From: Candidatus Babeliales bacterium
GTDB lineage: Bacteria; Babelota; Babeliae; Babelales; RVW-14
Assembly (NCBI GenBank): GCA_019749895.1
Contig: JAIEPG010000002.1
Span: forward strand, 66,244-130,243
DNA: 64,000 nucleotides
Reading direction: 5' to 3'
Part shown: one piece after another, positions 30,008 through 40,029 of the stretch
Position numbering within the stretch: the stretch's first letter is position 1
Layout of the letters: every line of letters starts with the position of its first letter
Notes under the pieces: model-generated
What the model was told of the DNA's origin: nothing
The model's database searches: none
What the model saw: the letters and a program-made list of their open reading frames with translations, nothing else
Program-made: the position numbers and the translations under genes

Positions 30008-32696
30008 AAATATTAACCAACTCTTTCTTGCAAAGCTTACCGAGTTTTTGCAAAAAGAATGGCATGCAACTATTGTTATCAATTCCAGCTCGTTTAATTT
30101 TTTTACCAGCTCAATTGTTTTAAACCAAGGTTCTATAACTTCAACCAAACATACCGACTGTCGCTGGGGTTTTGAAAAAGGGAAAATTTATATCAGTCCA
30201 TTCGAGCTTTTGTTGCACAAAAAAATCTGCTTGTACTTAACGTTTTATAATGTTTCAGGCAGCACTGGCTTTACCGGCAACTCTCCAGACATACTTGATC
30301 ATCTCAATAATATTTTTGAAACAAAATCTGACGATCTTAAAGTGAGCCCACGCGCTATCACGCTCCATCACCTCGTTATTGACACTGCTCTGGGAGGCAT
30401 ACCGCTCCACGCAGAAATTGAGGGTACGTTTGAACTAAAAAAAAGCAAACTTGCCAACAAAGAAAGCAAATGGGACGGACAACTGACTACACAAGCAGGT
30501 AGCGTTACGGTCAACAACAAACAGCTAATAAAAAGCATCAAAGGGACATCAACGTTTGGCAAGCACAAGCGCGATGCGCTCTGGACAATTAATGCCCAAC
30601 ACCACATTGAAACACATTTAGACGAACATACGCACGACGTACACGGCACCTGCTCATGCGACAAACAAGAGATAACAGTTGTCAGCGAGCAACAAAAACT
30701 TGCTGTCAAACTAAACCACACAGCAGAAAAATTTTTAATTACGGGTAACCTGCCACTTGCATTGACCCAGCGCTGCGCCACTTTTTTTGCCAATGATACG
30801 TTACCAGCACCAACTGAAACAGTACAAGGCCTATGCACACTGGACCTGACAGTTGACTACACACACCACGCAACCGGTAGCATTACGGCAAAAAATATTC
30901 AGTACAAAGATTTTATTGTTGAGCAATGCGCATGCACTAACATAGAGCTCAACGAAAAAAATCTATCAACCAATGTACACATTCACGTATCGCCAACTAT
31001 TGGACTTGATGGCACTATTGCGTGGGACCTACAACGCAAGATAGGCTCACTGGCCTGCTCAAACAAGCAACAACTACAAATTTCTTCATCACCTGGCCAA
31101 CTAGAAGCTGGCTGGGTTATAAGCCCTGGCAGCTGCACACTTGAAGCAACCATTACCATGCCCTTTTCGTGCACCGGCACCTACATCTGCACACTGCATC
31201 ACGAGCTAGTTGACCAATTATTATCACTATGCGGTACCTGGCAGATGGACAACCAAGAACTGAATATTGAAGGCACAGCCAACAATGATTCATATGTAAT
31301 TCAAGCCCGCAGTACACCAAAGCCACACATTTCAAACATTGTTTACAAAAAAAATAATACCACCCCAGTTGTCAGCATGCATACTCAGCCCGAAAGTATG
31401 GTTTTGGCTGGCAGTATTTACTATCCATTTATTCAATCACTGCTCAGTCAACAATGCAAACGGCTTATTTTAGGAAGCAAAAACTTTTTACAGGTGAGCG
31501 TTAACCAAAAAAATTTAGAAGAAATTACCGGCTCGGTCAGCCTTGAAACAGGGAAATTTTATATTCCAGAAAGCAGAAATCTTATTGAAAAACTTGCCAG
31601 CAACTTTGCCATTTACCCACACAGCAAAAAGATTGTGCTCAGCGACAATGTGCTGGGATTTTGCAAAGGAAGCATAAGCTGTCCGCAAGCAACATTAACA
31701 TTTAATGATAACTACCACCTCAACTTTGTGCACGCACCAATTCAGATCGATAATTTATTTGTGAACTGGAAAAAAGATTTTTATGGATTCATTGACAGCA
31801 GCTTGCTGTTACTTAAATTTCCCGGCTCACCTGCCCATGCTTCAGGCAACATTGTTTTAAAAAAATCGTTACTGAAAAATAATATCTTTTCAGAAGAAAC
31901 CAATACGCGCTTTTTTTTACCGGCCAATCCGCTTGCTCAGCACAATCAAACAATTGATGTAGACCTGCGTATTGGCAACGAAATACCGGTAAAAATTGTA
32001 ACACCATCGCTAGAAACTACCGCTCATTTAGATTTGCATGTGCAGTACCAACAGCAAAACGTAGCTCACTTGCCACACGTTAACGGCTCAATTACGCTAG
32101 ACAATGGCTTTATAAAATTTTTACGCAACAAGCTATTTATTGAATACGGCAAGATACAATTTGTTACCGCACATGCTAACGACCCATTAATCGATTTAGT
32201 TGCAAAAAATAGAATTAATAAGTACATGATTAACCTGCAAGTGACAGGCTCTTTGCAAAAACCAAATATTGTTTTAGAATCGGCTCCTGTGCTGACCGAA
32301 GAGCAAATTTTGGGACTACTGCTGGCCGGCTCAGAAAATGCAACACTGCAAGCCGACCTGCCAAGTATGATTATGCAAAACCTGCACAACATTGTTTTGG
32401 GCAGCAAAGCAGTAATGCCAAAAGCTACTTCGTTTTTTGAAAAAGTTGCACGACCGTTTAAGTACGTACAAATTTCACCAAACTTTACCGACCAAACAGG
32501 CCGAGGCGGCATTCGTGGTACTATCTCAATTGATTTAAACAAACAAATACACGCGCAGCTACAAAAGAATTTTAACTTGCAAGATGATTTTGCTTTCCAA
32601 GTTGAGTACTTTCTTTCCGACGACGTTAACCTAAAAGTGGTTAAAGATCAGCGCGGTGACCTTGGGTCTGAAGTTGAAGTAAGATTTAAATTTTGA
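29928..32696 (+). CDS. TamB/AsmA-like translocation and assembly module protein
   Basis: N-terminal membrane anchor MIKWLRRAALSLITGLVITLLMV. A long beta-rich body follows. The C-terminal DUF490-like block is NGSITLDNGFIKFLRNKLFIEYGKIQF..DPLIDLVAKNRINKYMINLQVTGSLQKPNIVLESAPVLTEEQILGLLLAGS. Confidence 0.75.
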   Translation: MIKWLRRAALSLITGLVITLLMVQNSKNINQLFLAKLTEFLQKEWHATIVINSSSFNFFTSSIVLNQGSITSTKHTDCRWGFEKGKIYISPFELLLHKKICLYLTFYNVSGSTGFTGNSPDILDHLNNIFETKSDDLKVSPRAITLHHLVIDTALGGIPLHAEIEGTFELKKSKLANKESKWDGQLTTQAGSVTVNNKQLIKSIKGTSTFGKHKRDALWTINAQHHIETHLDEHTHDVHGTCSCDKQEITVVSEQQKLAVKLNHTAEKFLITGNLPLALTQRCATFFANDTLPAPTETVQGLCTLDLTVDYTHHATGSITAKNIQYKDFIVEQCACTNIELNEKNLSTNVHIHVSPTIGLDGTIAWDLQRKIGSLACSNKQQLQISSSPGQLEAGWVISPGSCTLEATITMPFSCTGTYICTLHHELVDQLLSLCGTWQMDNQELNIEGTANNDSYVIQARSTPKPHISNIVYKKNNTTPVVSMHTQPESMVLAGSIYYPFIQSLLSQQCKRLILGSKNFLQVSVNQKNLEEITGSVSLETGKFYIPESRNLIEKLASNFAIYPHSKKIVLSDNVLGFCKGSISCPQATLTFNDNYHLNFVHAPIQIDNLFVNWKKDFYGFIDSSLLLLKFPGSPAHASGNIVLKKSLLKNNIFSEETNTRFFLPANPLAQHNQTIDVDLRIGNEIPVKIVTPSLETTAHLDLHVQYQQQNVAHLPHVNGSITLDNGFIKFLRNKLFIEYGKIQFVTAHANDPLIDLVAKNRINKYMINLQVTGSLQKPNIVLESAPVLTEEQILGLLLAGSENATLQADLPSMIMQNLHNIVLGSKAVMPKATSFFEKVARPFKYVQISPNFTDQTGRGGIRGTISIDLNKQIHAQLQKNFNLQDDFAFQVEYFLSDDVNLKVVKDQRGDLGSEVEVRFKF

Positions 32697-33208
32697 AGAT
32701 CATCCTCATCAATCATGCTCAAAAGTTCATCCGGTGATTTTTCTTCAATTTTTTCTTGTGCTTCAGATTTTTGAGGTTGTTTTGCCGCAACGTTTAATTT
32801 TTTCTCTTTTTCTAAAAGTTTTTTTTCTTCTTCAGCCAAAAAACTGGTACGTGCTTTTTCTTGCTCTAAGCGTGCTTGAGCACGAGAAAGCTCTTGCTGA
32901 CTTTGTGCAAGCGCTTGTTTAAGGTGCACAACCTCTTGCTGCAACGCCTGTGCCTCTTGCGTTTGCTTTGCTATCTGAGCAGCAAGCTCTTCTCGCTTTT
33001 GAACAGCAGATTTTGCTTTTTTGTACAACTGATCAACATGATCAAGAATTCTGTACACTTTTGGCTGCGCCTCTGGAAAAGCTTGGCGAATAGCTACCAA
33101 TTCGTCACCAACTTTTTTGTACACACTCGCTATTTTTTCTGCGTTTAGACTGACAAGCGGCAATATAACAGGAACAAGCGACCACACAACTAAGCGATAT
33201 ATCTTCAT
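32648..33208 (-). CDS. exported coiled-coil hypothetical protein
   Basis: N-terminal hydrophobic segment MKIYRLVVWSLVPVILPLVSLNA. Q/E/A/K-rich heptad-like region. The 3' end overlaps the convergent TamB-like gene by 49 nt. Confidence 0.55.
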   Translation of the reverse strand: MKIYRLVVWSLVPVILPLVSLNAEKIASVYKKVGDELVAIRQAFPEAQPKVYRILDHVDQLYKKAKSAVQKREELAAQIAKQTQEAQALQQEVVHLKQALAQSQQELSRAQARLEQEKARTSFLAEEEKKLLEKEKKLNVAAKQPQKSEAQEKIEEKSPDELLSMIDEDDLQNLNLTSTSDPRSPR

Positions 33209-33337
33209 GCGAACTACCCTCTTTTCTACGAATATAGATTTACTTGGTAACTTTGTGCAAGCTTCTATAACCTTAGATGGTCAGATTGAAAAATTCAATA
33301 TGATACAAAAAGGAGAGCCCGAGGAGGGGCTTATACT

Positions 33338-33976
33338 ATGAAAAAACAATTTCGTTATAGCGCACTGATTGTTCTCTTATTGCTTGTACCCAGCGCCGGC
33401 TGGAGCAAATCACACGTTTATTTTTCGCCCGGCGACAAGCCAGGCACTGAGCTGATTAAACTGATTGATGAGGCAAAAAAAAAGATTCACGCTGCTGTTT
33501 ACATGTTTACCGACAACAAAATTGCCACCGCACTAATTAATGCAAAAAAAAGAAAAGTTGATGTACAGTTGATTGTAGACAAAACAACCACCGAATGTAT
33601 GTACGGCAAAGCATATTTTTTACAACAAAATGGTATTGATGTTTTTGTGTACAGCCCGCTTAGCTCTAAGCCAACCGGCGACAACCCGTACCAAAAGTAC
33701 CCACCACTCATGCACCACAAGTTTGCTATCATCGACAAAAAGCTGTGGACTGGCTCATTTAATTGGACACGCTCTGCCAACTACCGCAACGAAGAAAACG
33801 CCCTGCTTTTAAGCGATCAGGCGCTCCAAGTTCAATTTGAAGAACGGTTTGAGATGCTCAAACAAAAATGCGTACCGGTTGGAGCACAGCAGGTAGCTCC
33901 CGAAAATCAAGAACCATTGAGAACGCGCATGATAAATTTTTTGAATATGCTGCGTACGGCAGTTCTCGTAAACTGA
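33338..33976 (+). CDS. exported single-HKD phospholipase D / Nuc-like endonuclease family protein
   Basis: Signal-like MKKQFRYSALIVLLLLVPSAGWS. HKD motif MHHKFAIIDKKLWTGSFNWTRSAN. Confidence 0.8.
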   Translation: MKKQFRYSALIVLLLLVPSAGWSKSHVYFSPGDKPGTELIKLIDEAKKKIHAAVYMFTDNKIATALINAKKRKVDVQLIVDKTTTECMYGKAYFLQQNGIDVFVYSPLSSKPTGDNPYQKYPPLMHHKFAIIDKKLWTGSFNWTRSANYRNEENALLLSDQALQVQFEERFEMLKQKCVPVGAQQVAPENQEPLRTRMINFLNMLRTAVLVN

Positions 33977-34009
33977 TTTTAGAAACACCAAAGTTACTTG
34001 AATCACTCA

Positions 34010-34130
34010 CCCCCGTTCTCCCTGAGGAGCTCGAAGAGCGTCTCGAAGGGCGATTCTTCCAAATTTCTTTTGTTTTGCCCGCACCCTTCGAGACGTCCCG
34101 CTTCGCAGGACTCCTCAGGGAAAACGGGCT
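34010..34130. repeat. GC-rich intergenic repeat locus 2: inverted pair forming a long hairpin between convergent genes
   Basis: CCCGTTCTCCCTGAGGAGCTCGAAGAGCGTCTCGAAGGG at 34013-34053. Its inverted partner CACCCTTCGAGACGTCCCGCTTCGCAGGACTCCTCAGGGAAAACGGG is at 34082-34128. Same unit as at 12715-12958. Confidence 0.8.
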
Positions 34131-34170
34131 TAAGAATCTCCAAAGTAGATAAAAAAACTTAACAAAAAAT

Positions 34171-34827
34171 TTACAGTAAACTTTTTTTGTTCAGCAAAGC
34201 CCAATCTTGGTCAAATTTTTCTATGCCCTTGAGTGTTAATGGATGCACTACTGATTCAGCCAAAACCGCTGGCGGCAAGGTTACCACATCGGCACCCACA
34301 GCCATCACCGCATTCCAATGATCAACCGTGCGAATTGAAGCTGCCAAAATTTTACTGCTCAGATCATACTCATGCACAATGTGCATTGCATCACTCACCA
34401 AGCCAATGCCATTGCCTCCAACATCTTCAAGCCTGCCAACAAATGGCGAAATGTAGGTTACGCCAAGCTTGGCAACTAACAAGACTTGAACGGGCGAAAA
34501 AATCAACGTTATATTAAGCTTAATGCCTTCGTGTGCCAAACGAGCAATGACAGGCAAATACTCTTTGGCAAAAGGTATTTTGACAACTACATTTGGTGCC
34601 AACTGCGCAATTTCAAGCGCTTGCTTGTACACCGCCTCTGGCTCTTTTTCAACAACTTCAATACTCACATCGCCTTTCACTATGCGGCAGATGTCGAGCA
34701 GTACCTCTTTTGAATTTTGACCTTCTTTGCTCAGCGTGCTTGGGTTGGTAGTAACGCCGTCAATAATGCCGGTTGCTGCCCACTCTTTAATTAAATCACG
34801 ATTTGCCGTATCAATAAAAATTTGCAT
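34171..34827 (-). CDS. transaldolase family 3B / fructose-6-phosphate aldolase
   Basis: MQIFIDTANRDLIKEW..IDGVTTNPS, the Schiff-base Lys context VVVKIP, and ISPFVGRLED. Size 218 aa. Confidence 0.9.
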   Translation of the reverse strand: MQIFIDTANRDLIKEWAATGIIDGVTTNPSTLSKEGQNSKEVLLDICRIVKGDVSIEVVEKEPEAVYKQALEIAQLAPNVVVKIPFAKEYLPVIARLAHEGIKLNITLIFSPVQVLLVAKLGVTYISPFVGRLEDVGGNGIGLVSDAMHIVHEYDLSSKILAASIRTVDHWNAVMAVGADVVTLPPAVLAESVVHPLTLKGIEKFDQDWALLNKKSLL

Positions 34828-34841
34828 TCTTTAATTCCCTA

Positions 34842-35303
34842 CTAAAATGGAAACATTAACATGCCGTCACCACCAAAACCATCAGCTCCAGGCGAGGCAT
34901 CATCTTCACGTTCTTCTTTTGCCAGAAAAAAATCGACCCGGTAACCACTTGACAGGTAATAATAAGGCTTTGACGGGTCAAGCTTATAAAGTACCAGTGT
35001 TTTCAGATTAAAGGTTATGCTTATATCAACACAGTCACCATCTTGCACACACTCTTGCACATACGCCTCAGAAATATTGGCTCTTCTTGACCAGAAGCAA
35101 GAACTTTTGTTTATTAAGAAAAAGCCGTGCTGAAGATCTACAATATCTCTCTTAATTTCTTCACCAGAACGAACCAATTCCTCTCCTTTTGTATCACTGC
35201 CAAAATAAAGTTCCAGGCCCGTTTTGTTTCGAAACGTTACTTCTGCTTGCAACGGCAAGGCACACAACAGCATCATCAATGAAAATATTATTTGTTTATT
35301 CAT
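34842..35303 (-). CDS. small exported protein, tandem family member 1 of 10
   Basis: ATG at 35303 (MNKQIIFSLMMLLCALPLQA). It is followed by EVTFRNKTG. The tail is EEREDDASPGADGFGGDG. It starts 2 nt after the upstream stop. Confidence 0.65.
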   Translation of the reverse strand: MNKQIIFSLMMLLCALPLQAEVTFRNKTGLELYFGSDTKGEELVRSGEEIKRDIVDLQHGFFLINKSSCFWSRRANISEAYVQECVQDGDCVDISITFNLKTLVLYKLDPSKPYYYLSSGYRVDFFLAKEEREDDASPGADGFGGDGMLMFPF

Positions 35304-35730
35304 CGCCACTCTCCTCATCATACTCATGACCAGAACCATCGTCTTCTTCTGAAGATTCGCTCAGCTGGCCTACACTAAAAAACGCCTGTTCTCCTGTTGT
35401 GTTACTTGTCAAACACACGTTATATGATTCTTCGTCAAACGTTACGGTAAAAGCATTACCTTCTTGCTTTAGTTCTTCTACACATTCAGGAGAAATAGTG
35501 GCCTTGCCAATATCAGGCAACACAACAACAAACCCATCCTGAAAATCTGCATATGAAAAAAACTTTCTCTCTTTGCCGTCATGATGCATCAAACCAATTA
35601 TAAGGCGCCCATTTGTCTGATTAAAAAAAGTAACCTTGTCATGCACAACCTGATCGGGAGCGTTACCAGCACCCCACACAGAAAAACTCATCAAACAAAA
35701 AACAACCAATAATCCTGCCAATTTTTTCAT
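35296..35730 (-). CDS. small exported protein, tandem family member 2 of 10
   Basis: MKKLAGLLVVFCLMSFSVWG. Core motif VTFFNQTN. Acidic tail SESSEEDDGSGHEYDEESGDE. Confidence 0.65.
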   Translation of the reverse strand: MKKLAGLLVVFCLMSFSVWGAGNAPDQVVHDKVTFFNQTNGRLIIGLMHHDGKERKFFSYADFQDGFVVVLPDIGKATISPECVEELKQEGNAFTVTFDEESYNVCLTSNTTGEQAFFSVGQLSESSEEDDGSGHEYDEESGDE

Positions 35731-35749
35731 ACACTATTTCCTTTCATTA

Positions 35750-36430
35750 TCACCGACATTTTTTGCAATCACACACGTAACTTTGCAGCCTCATTCGGGC
35801 AAACTCTTGCTCTAAAATTTTTTCTTCTTCGTGCGGACCAACAATGTATCTCATGGCTCGTTGCCTTTGCTTGCGCTCCTTGCAACGCAAACGCTTAGCC
35901 TCTTGCAATTCACGCAATCGAGCTTCACATTTCAAACGTTCTTGCTCTTCATGCCGCCGTGCCGCCTCTGCAGCCGCCTGTGCAGCTATCAGTGCCTCTG
36001 CAGCGCTATTGTGCGCACACACCGTCAACTCATCATGTCCATAGATAAGCTTGGTAGGAAAATACCATCTGCAGCGCAATTGATCACTCACCGGCTCATA
36101 CTCCTCAATCATGAGTACAAGAGCGTTATATGAAAGACTAATTTTGTAGCCATAATCACCAATCTGCGAACACATCTCAGGCGTTAGGGTAACTTTTACG
36201 GCAACATCTCCCTCTATAAAAAACGTACATCCATGCCTAAAAGAAGCAACTAGGTAGCAACAACTACAACCCGATTCCAAAATAGTCTGGTTGTAATGAA
36301 AAAAGCAGCTATTTTCTTTGGGAAAGCAGATCGTTATAAAATTGCTTGTATCATTTCTAAACTCAACAACGCCATGCACCGGAAGCAAAAGAACGAACAA
36401 AAAGAAAACCAAGATGTATATTTTTTTCAT
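35750..36430 (-). CDS. small exported protein, tandem family member 3 of 10 (basic coiled-coil/Cys-rich tail variant)
   Basis: MKKIYILVFFLFVLLLPVHG. Core motif VVEFRNDTS. Many Cys residues. The C-terminal part is EAARRHEEQERLKCEARLRELQEAKRLRCKERKQRQR..CDCKKCR. Confidence 0.65.
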   Translation of the reverse strand: MKKIYILVFFLFVLLLPVHGVVEFRNDTSNFITICFPKENSCFFHYNQTILESGCSCCYLVASFRHGCTFFIEGDVAVKVTLTPEMCSQIGDYGYKISLSYNALVLMIEEYEPVSDQLRCRWYFPTKLIYGHDELTVCAHNSAAEALIAAQAAAEAARRHEEQERLKCEARLRELQEAKRLRCKERKQRQRAMRYIVGPHEEEKILEQEFARMRLQSYVCDCKKCR

Positions 36431-36435
36431 AATTC

Positions 36436-36912
36436 TTATTCGTCGTCAGAAAGTTCTCCGTCAAAACCGTCCAGCTCAACAAGATTCAGAATCCACGTAC
36501 CACCAGCCGTCTGATTATGAATATGCAGCGTCATATCGTTTAAAGAAAAATGAAAGGCATAGGTATGTCCATTCACAAACTCACTTCTCAATTTTTCACA
36601 ACTCAGCATCGTACCGTCATACTTAACCTCTATGGCCGCATTCGGAAACATCGCATAATGATTCTCTTCCCAACCAAAGCTAATCTGACCACCATTGGGG
36701 GTTAATTCATTGTGAGCAACCCACTCACCTGGGCTAATTTCACCATAGTGTAATTTTCGCGAACCATCGGCATTCAAAAAAAAGTACATGGTACAACCAC
36801 TGTTATTTTTCAGATCAACTGAACGCCATTCTTCTTCTGCTATTGGCATATTGATAGCAACCAATTGACCAAACAATGCATAACTTAAAACTGCAAGACG
36901 CATCATATTCAT
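36436..36912 (-). CDS. small exported protein, tandem family member 4 of 10
   Basis: MNMMRLAVLSYALFGQLVA. Core motif SVDLKNNSG. Tail VELDGFDGELSDDE. Confidence 0.6.
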   Translation of the reverse strand: MNMMRLAVLSYALFGQLVAINMPIAEEEWRSVDLKNNSGCTMYFFLNADGSRKLHYGEISPGEWVAHNELTPNGGQISFGWEENHYAMFPNAAIEVKYDGTMLSCEKLRSEFVNGHTYAFHFSLNDMTLHIHNQTAGGTWILNLVELDGFDGELSDDE

Positions 36913-36941
36913 GCTTTTACTCCGTTACCCTGTTAAAAATT

Positions 36942-37430
36942 TTATTCAGCGCCTTCCCCATCTTCTTCTCCAGAAGAACTTTCAAAACCCTCTTCATCTG
37001 AAGCTTCCAGCGCATCTACATCAACTTCATCTCCCATTTTATCGGCTATATTTCCAAAAATCAGTGCTCCATCAACACGGATACCAAAAGAAGAGGCCTC
37101 GAGACTAAATTCGAGCAGATGCATTCTTTCATGCTGCAAAACAGACCTCAAGACATCACAACAATAAATGTCTTCTTCAGCAAACACATACCATAAACTT
37201 TCTGGATCTTGCATTGCTGCCTCATCCCAAGAAACATCTTGTTGTTGGCCAGAAAAAATCTCCACCACCTGGTTACTATTTGAATCTAATAAACACGTCA
37301 TGTTGTAAGGAGAAGAATTATACAACGTCACCAAGGTTTGCCCACCACCAAAACCAGGACCTTGTGCAGCAAAAAGAGGACCCATAAAAAAGGTACAAAA
37401 AAATCCAAGTTTTAATAATTTCATAAACAC
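36942..37430 (-). CDS. small exported protein, tandem family member 5 of 10
   Basis: MFMKLLKLGFFCTFFMGPLFAA. Core motif LVTLYNSSP. Tail DEVDVDALEASDEEGFESSSGEEDGEGAE. Confidence 0.65.
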   Translation of the reverse strand: MFMKLLKLGFFCTFFMGPLFAAQGPGFGGGQTLVTLYNSSPYNMTCLLDSNSNQVVEIFSGQQQDVSWDEAAMQDPESLWYVFAEEDIYCCDVLRSVLQHERMHLLEFSLEASSFGIRVDGALIFGNIADKMGDEVDVDALEASDEEGFESSSGEEDGEGAE

Positions 37431-37438
37431 TTTCTACG

Positions 37439-37942
37439 TTAAAGTAAACCTAGCCAATGACTTGGTACAGGCTGCCAAATCACCAGCTCAGGTTCATTAT
37501 CATCAACCATTTGATCCGACCATCCATAATCAGAAGTTTGCACTAAAAATTCTGCATAGTCAGTTGTTATTCGTAATTTTTTGTTTTTTTGAAAAAAACA
37601 AAGATTGTAAGTTTGGCCATGCAAAAAATTTCCCGCAGCAAAACTACACGAAAAAAGATCTAATCCCACATACATATGAAAGGTTACTACCGACTCAGTC
37701 AAAGAGCCTTGCTCCCAAGAAACATCAAGAATGTTACCCGGCTTAATACAAGATTTTTTTGCAGTAGATTGCAACAAAAAAATAATGGATTGGTCGATAC
37801 TGCTATTTTTTAAGGCAATGGAAATTTTTGGCCGAGCAACTCTTGGCCTCAAGGCGCGTGCCCGGCGATATTGAGCACTGGCACAACAAAAATTATCAAA
37901 GACAACAACACACAAGATTAACAAAGTAGCTACTCGTTTCAT
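37439..37942 (-). CDS. small exported protein, tandem family member 6 of 10
   Basis: MKRVATLLILCVVVFDNFCCASA. Basic linker. Core motif ISIALKNSS. Tail DQMVDDNEPELVIWQPVPSHWLGLL. Confidence 0.6.
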   Translation of the reverse strand: MKRVATLLILCVVVFDNFCCASAQYRRARALRPRVARPKISIALKNSSIDQSIIFLLQSTAKKSCIKPGNILDVSWEQGSLTESVVTFHMYVGLDLFSCSFAAGNFLHGQTYNLCFFQKNKKLRITTDYAEFLVQTSDYGWSDQMVDDNEPELVIWQPVPSHWLGLL

Positions 37943-37986
37943 AAGAGCTCTCCTTGCAATTGTGCACGTACTAAGAAATTAATTAA

Positions 37987-38484
37987 TTATTTACCAGTCA
38001 TAGAAAGCTCTTCTTGCAACACAGAACTTTCAAGTACTATTTCAGACTCTTCCTGACCACCATCAACTTCGTCTTCATCAAGCTCTTGATAACTTTCTAC
38101 TGCTTGTACTGCAAAACCAAGGCCATCTGCGCTATTTCTAATTTCTAATCTTTTTGATTCATGAGAAAAATTAAGTACATAGTGCTTATCTTGCTTAAGT
38201 TCTTTTCTGGCAAAAAAGCACGCAAACAAAGAATAATCTTCCGTTTGAACATCAAAAAAAACATTGGGACAGCCGGTATTACGTTCCTGCCAACGTATCT
38301 CTTTTGAACGCCCAGGTACCAATTCAATAACTTCTTGTTCTTTGGTAGGATCTATATAAAAATAAAAAACAACGGTTTTATCAACATTTTCAAGCGTAAT
38401 TTTTTGTGTTTCAGCTTCCCCCGCCTGCAGCACACAACCAAACACACTTAAAACAAAAAACGCCGTAAATAATAAAAGCCTCAT
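37987..38484 (-). CDS. small exported protein, tandem family member 7 of 10
   Basis: MRLLLFTAFFVLSVFGCVLQA. Core motif KITLENVDK. Tail YQELDEDEVDGGQEESEIVLESS. Confidence 0.65.
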   Translation of the reverse strand: MRLLLFTAFFVLSVFGCVLQAGEAETQKITLENVDKTVVFYFYIDPTKEQEVIELVPGRSKEIRWQERNTGCPNVFFDVQTEDYSLFACFFARKELKQDKHYVLNFSHESKRLEIRNSADGLGFAVQAVESYQELDEDEVDGGQEESEIVLESSVLQEELSMTGK

Positions 38485-38495
38485 AAAAGCCCCCC

Positions 38496-39284
38496 TTAAA
38501 ATACACTATCATCATCTGAAAACAAACTACGCAGTTGCTCATTAACATCACTGTCCGACTCTTGATCGTCTTGTGCCGCTTCACCAGAAGACTCTACAGC
38601 AGATGGAATGAGTGGAGCAAGACCGTCATCAAGCAGATCATCATCTTCTTCTCCCTCTGAAATAAAAAGATAATCGCCACCAAAAAGCTCAAAAAAATCA
38701 GGTGCTTGAGAACTACCTACTTGATCGTCTTGAACTTCAAGACAGAGCTCTCCAGATAAAGGGACTTTTGGTTGATCAATCGCAGGTTCCAGCCCTTCTT
38801 GGTCGTCAGGTTTTACTTCGCCAAAAGCTTCTTGATCAGGCTCTTTTTGTGCTTCTGGTTCTGCAGAGCCTTCAACGTCTCCTTCTTTATACTGATCTAT
38901 CCAATATTCCCTGTCACCTATTTTTATTCCCAACTTAAACTCATCTTCGTTGTAAGAAAAAACACAGGGATCTTGGTTGATAAATATCGACTTTGGTAAA
39001 ACGTGTTTAATGGCATCATCACCCGCACCAACCCAAGCAATTATATCTTCGGGTTGCAACCAAGAAAGAGAAATGCCCACTAAAAGATTATCTTTTGCAG
39101 ATTTATTGGGAACCGTACTTTTTGACCAGATGCACACGCGCTTGCTCCAACCAAAGGACTCACGCATAACATTAATAACATAGTCAGTATTATTAGCAAA
39201 AAGCACACGATCTGGAGAATTGTTTGAAGCAAAAAGTACGTTTGAAAGGCTTAAAAAAAGCATTTTCACAACGGCCATTTTCAT
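38496..39284 (-). CDS. small exported protein, tandem family member 8 of 10 (long acidic tail)
   Basis: MKMAVVKMLFLSLSNVLFA. Core motif RVLFANNTD. The D/E/Q-rich tail is about 130 aa (EGEEDDDLLDD, AAQDDQESDSDVNE). A 4-nt ATGA overlap joins it to the upstream gene. Confidence 0.65.
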   Translation of the reverse strand: MKMAVVKMLFLSLSNVLFASNNSPDRVLFANNTDYVINVMRESFGWSKRVCIWSKSTVPNKSAKDNLLVGISLSWLQPEDIIAWVGAGDDAIKHVLPKSIFINQDPCVFSYNEDEFKLGIKIGDREYWIDQYKEGDVEGSAEPEAQKEPDQEAFGEVKPDDQEGLEPAIDQPKVPLSGELCLEVQDDQVGSSQAPDFFELFGGDYLFISEGEEDDDLLDDGLAPLIPSAVESSGEAAQDDQESDSDVNEQLRSLFSDDDSVF

Positions 39285-39802
39285 TTAAAAGCCCCTATTG
39301 GAACGGTGCCTATAATCCAAAATCGTTCACCATCTTCATGCTCGTGGTGTTTTTCGTCATCACTACAAGTAGGATCACCACAATCAATTTCATGATCACC
39401 CTGATCGCCCCAGCCATCGTCAAACAAATCAGCTTGACTTTGCGGTGCTAAATAGTGCACGCCCTGCCCTTTAAGAGAAAAACTTAGAGCACATTGAGAC
39501 TCATTAAATGAAAGATTGCACCAGCTGTCTGCTTCTAAACCCACAAGATTTTCTGGCTCAACCGAAAAAATATGCAAGGCTTCATTTTGACCATTTTTAT
39601 AACAAGAAATGGAAAAACCATTGTGTAATGCTTCCAGAGAACAAGAAGCACTTCCTCTGCTCATTATTAAACTCATTGCACCATTACTAAAATCGAGTCG
39701 CATTCGATAATGTGCACTCTTATTAAAAAAAATAATATCGTTGGCAAAAGCTGACTGAACAAAAATGTTTAGCAAGATAATCATCACTAATTTAATTTTC
39801 AT
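39281..39802 (-). CDS. small exported protein, tandem family member 9 of 10
   Basis: MKIKLVMIILLNIFVQSAFA. Core motif NDIIFFNKSA. Tail DDGWGDQGDHEIDCGDPTCSDDEKHHEHEDGERFWIIG. Confidence 0.65.
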   Translation of the reverse strand: MKIKLVMIILLNIFVQSAFANDIIFFNKSAHYRMRLDFSNGAMSLIMSRGSASCSLEALHNGFSISCYKNGQNEALHIFSVEPENLVGLEADSWCNLSFNESQCALSFSLKGQGVHYLAPQSQADLFDDGWGDQGDHEIDCGDPTCSDDEKHHEHEDGERFWIIGTVPIGAFK

Positions 39803-39911
39803 AATCTAAGAGCCTTTTTAAAATTGTTATTCATAAACAACACTAATCTTTTTATAAAATTAAAATCAATGATCTACAACCTTGTGTTTAAAAAAATAGT
39901 CTAAAAATAAA

Positions 39912-39966
39912 GCGAGCCTGAGTTTATTGGAATTTTTTAAAATTCACTATAAAAACTCAAGCCCGC
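39912..39966 (-). terminator. repeated long hairpin (terminator-like), copy 1
   Basis: GCGAGCCTGAGTTT..AAACTCAAGCCCGC. On the minus strand the stem contains G-U pairs and TTTATTTTT follows it. It is related in sequence to 40618-40661. Confidence 0.5.
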
Positions 39967-40029
39967 TAAAAATAACTAAAAAAATCTCATCACAAAGCTA
40001 AAAAAACAATCTTATATAAAAATCGTTTT

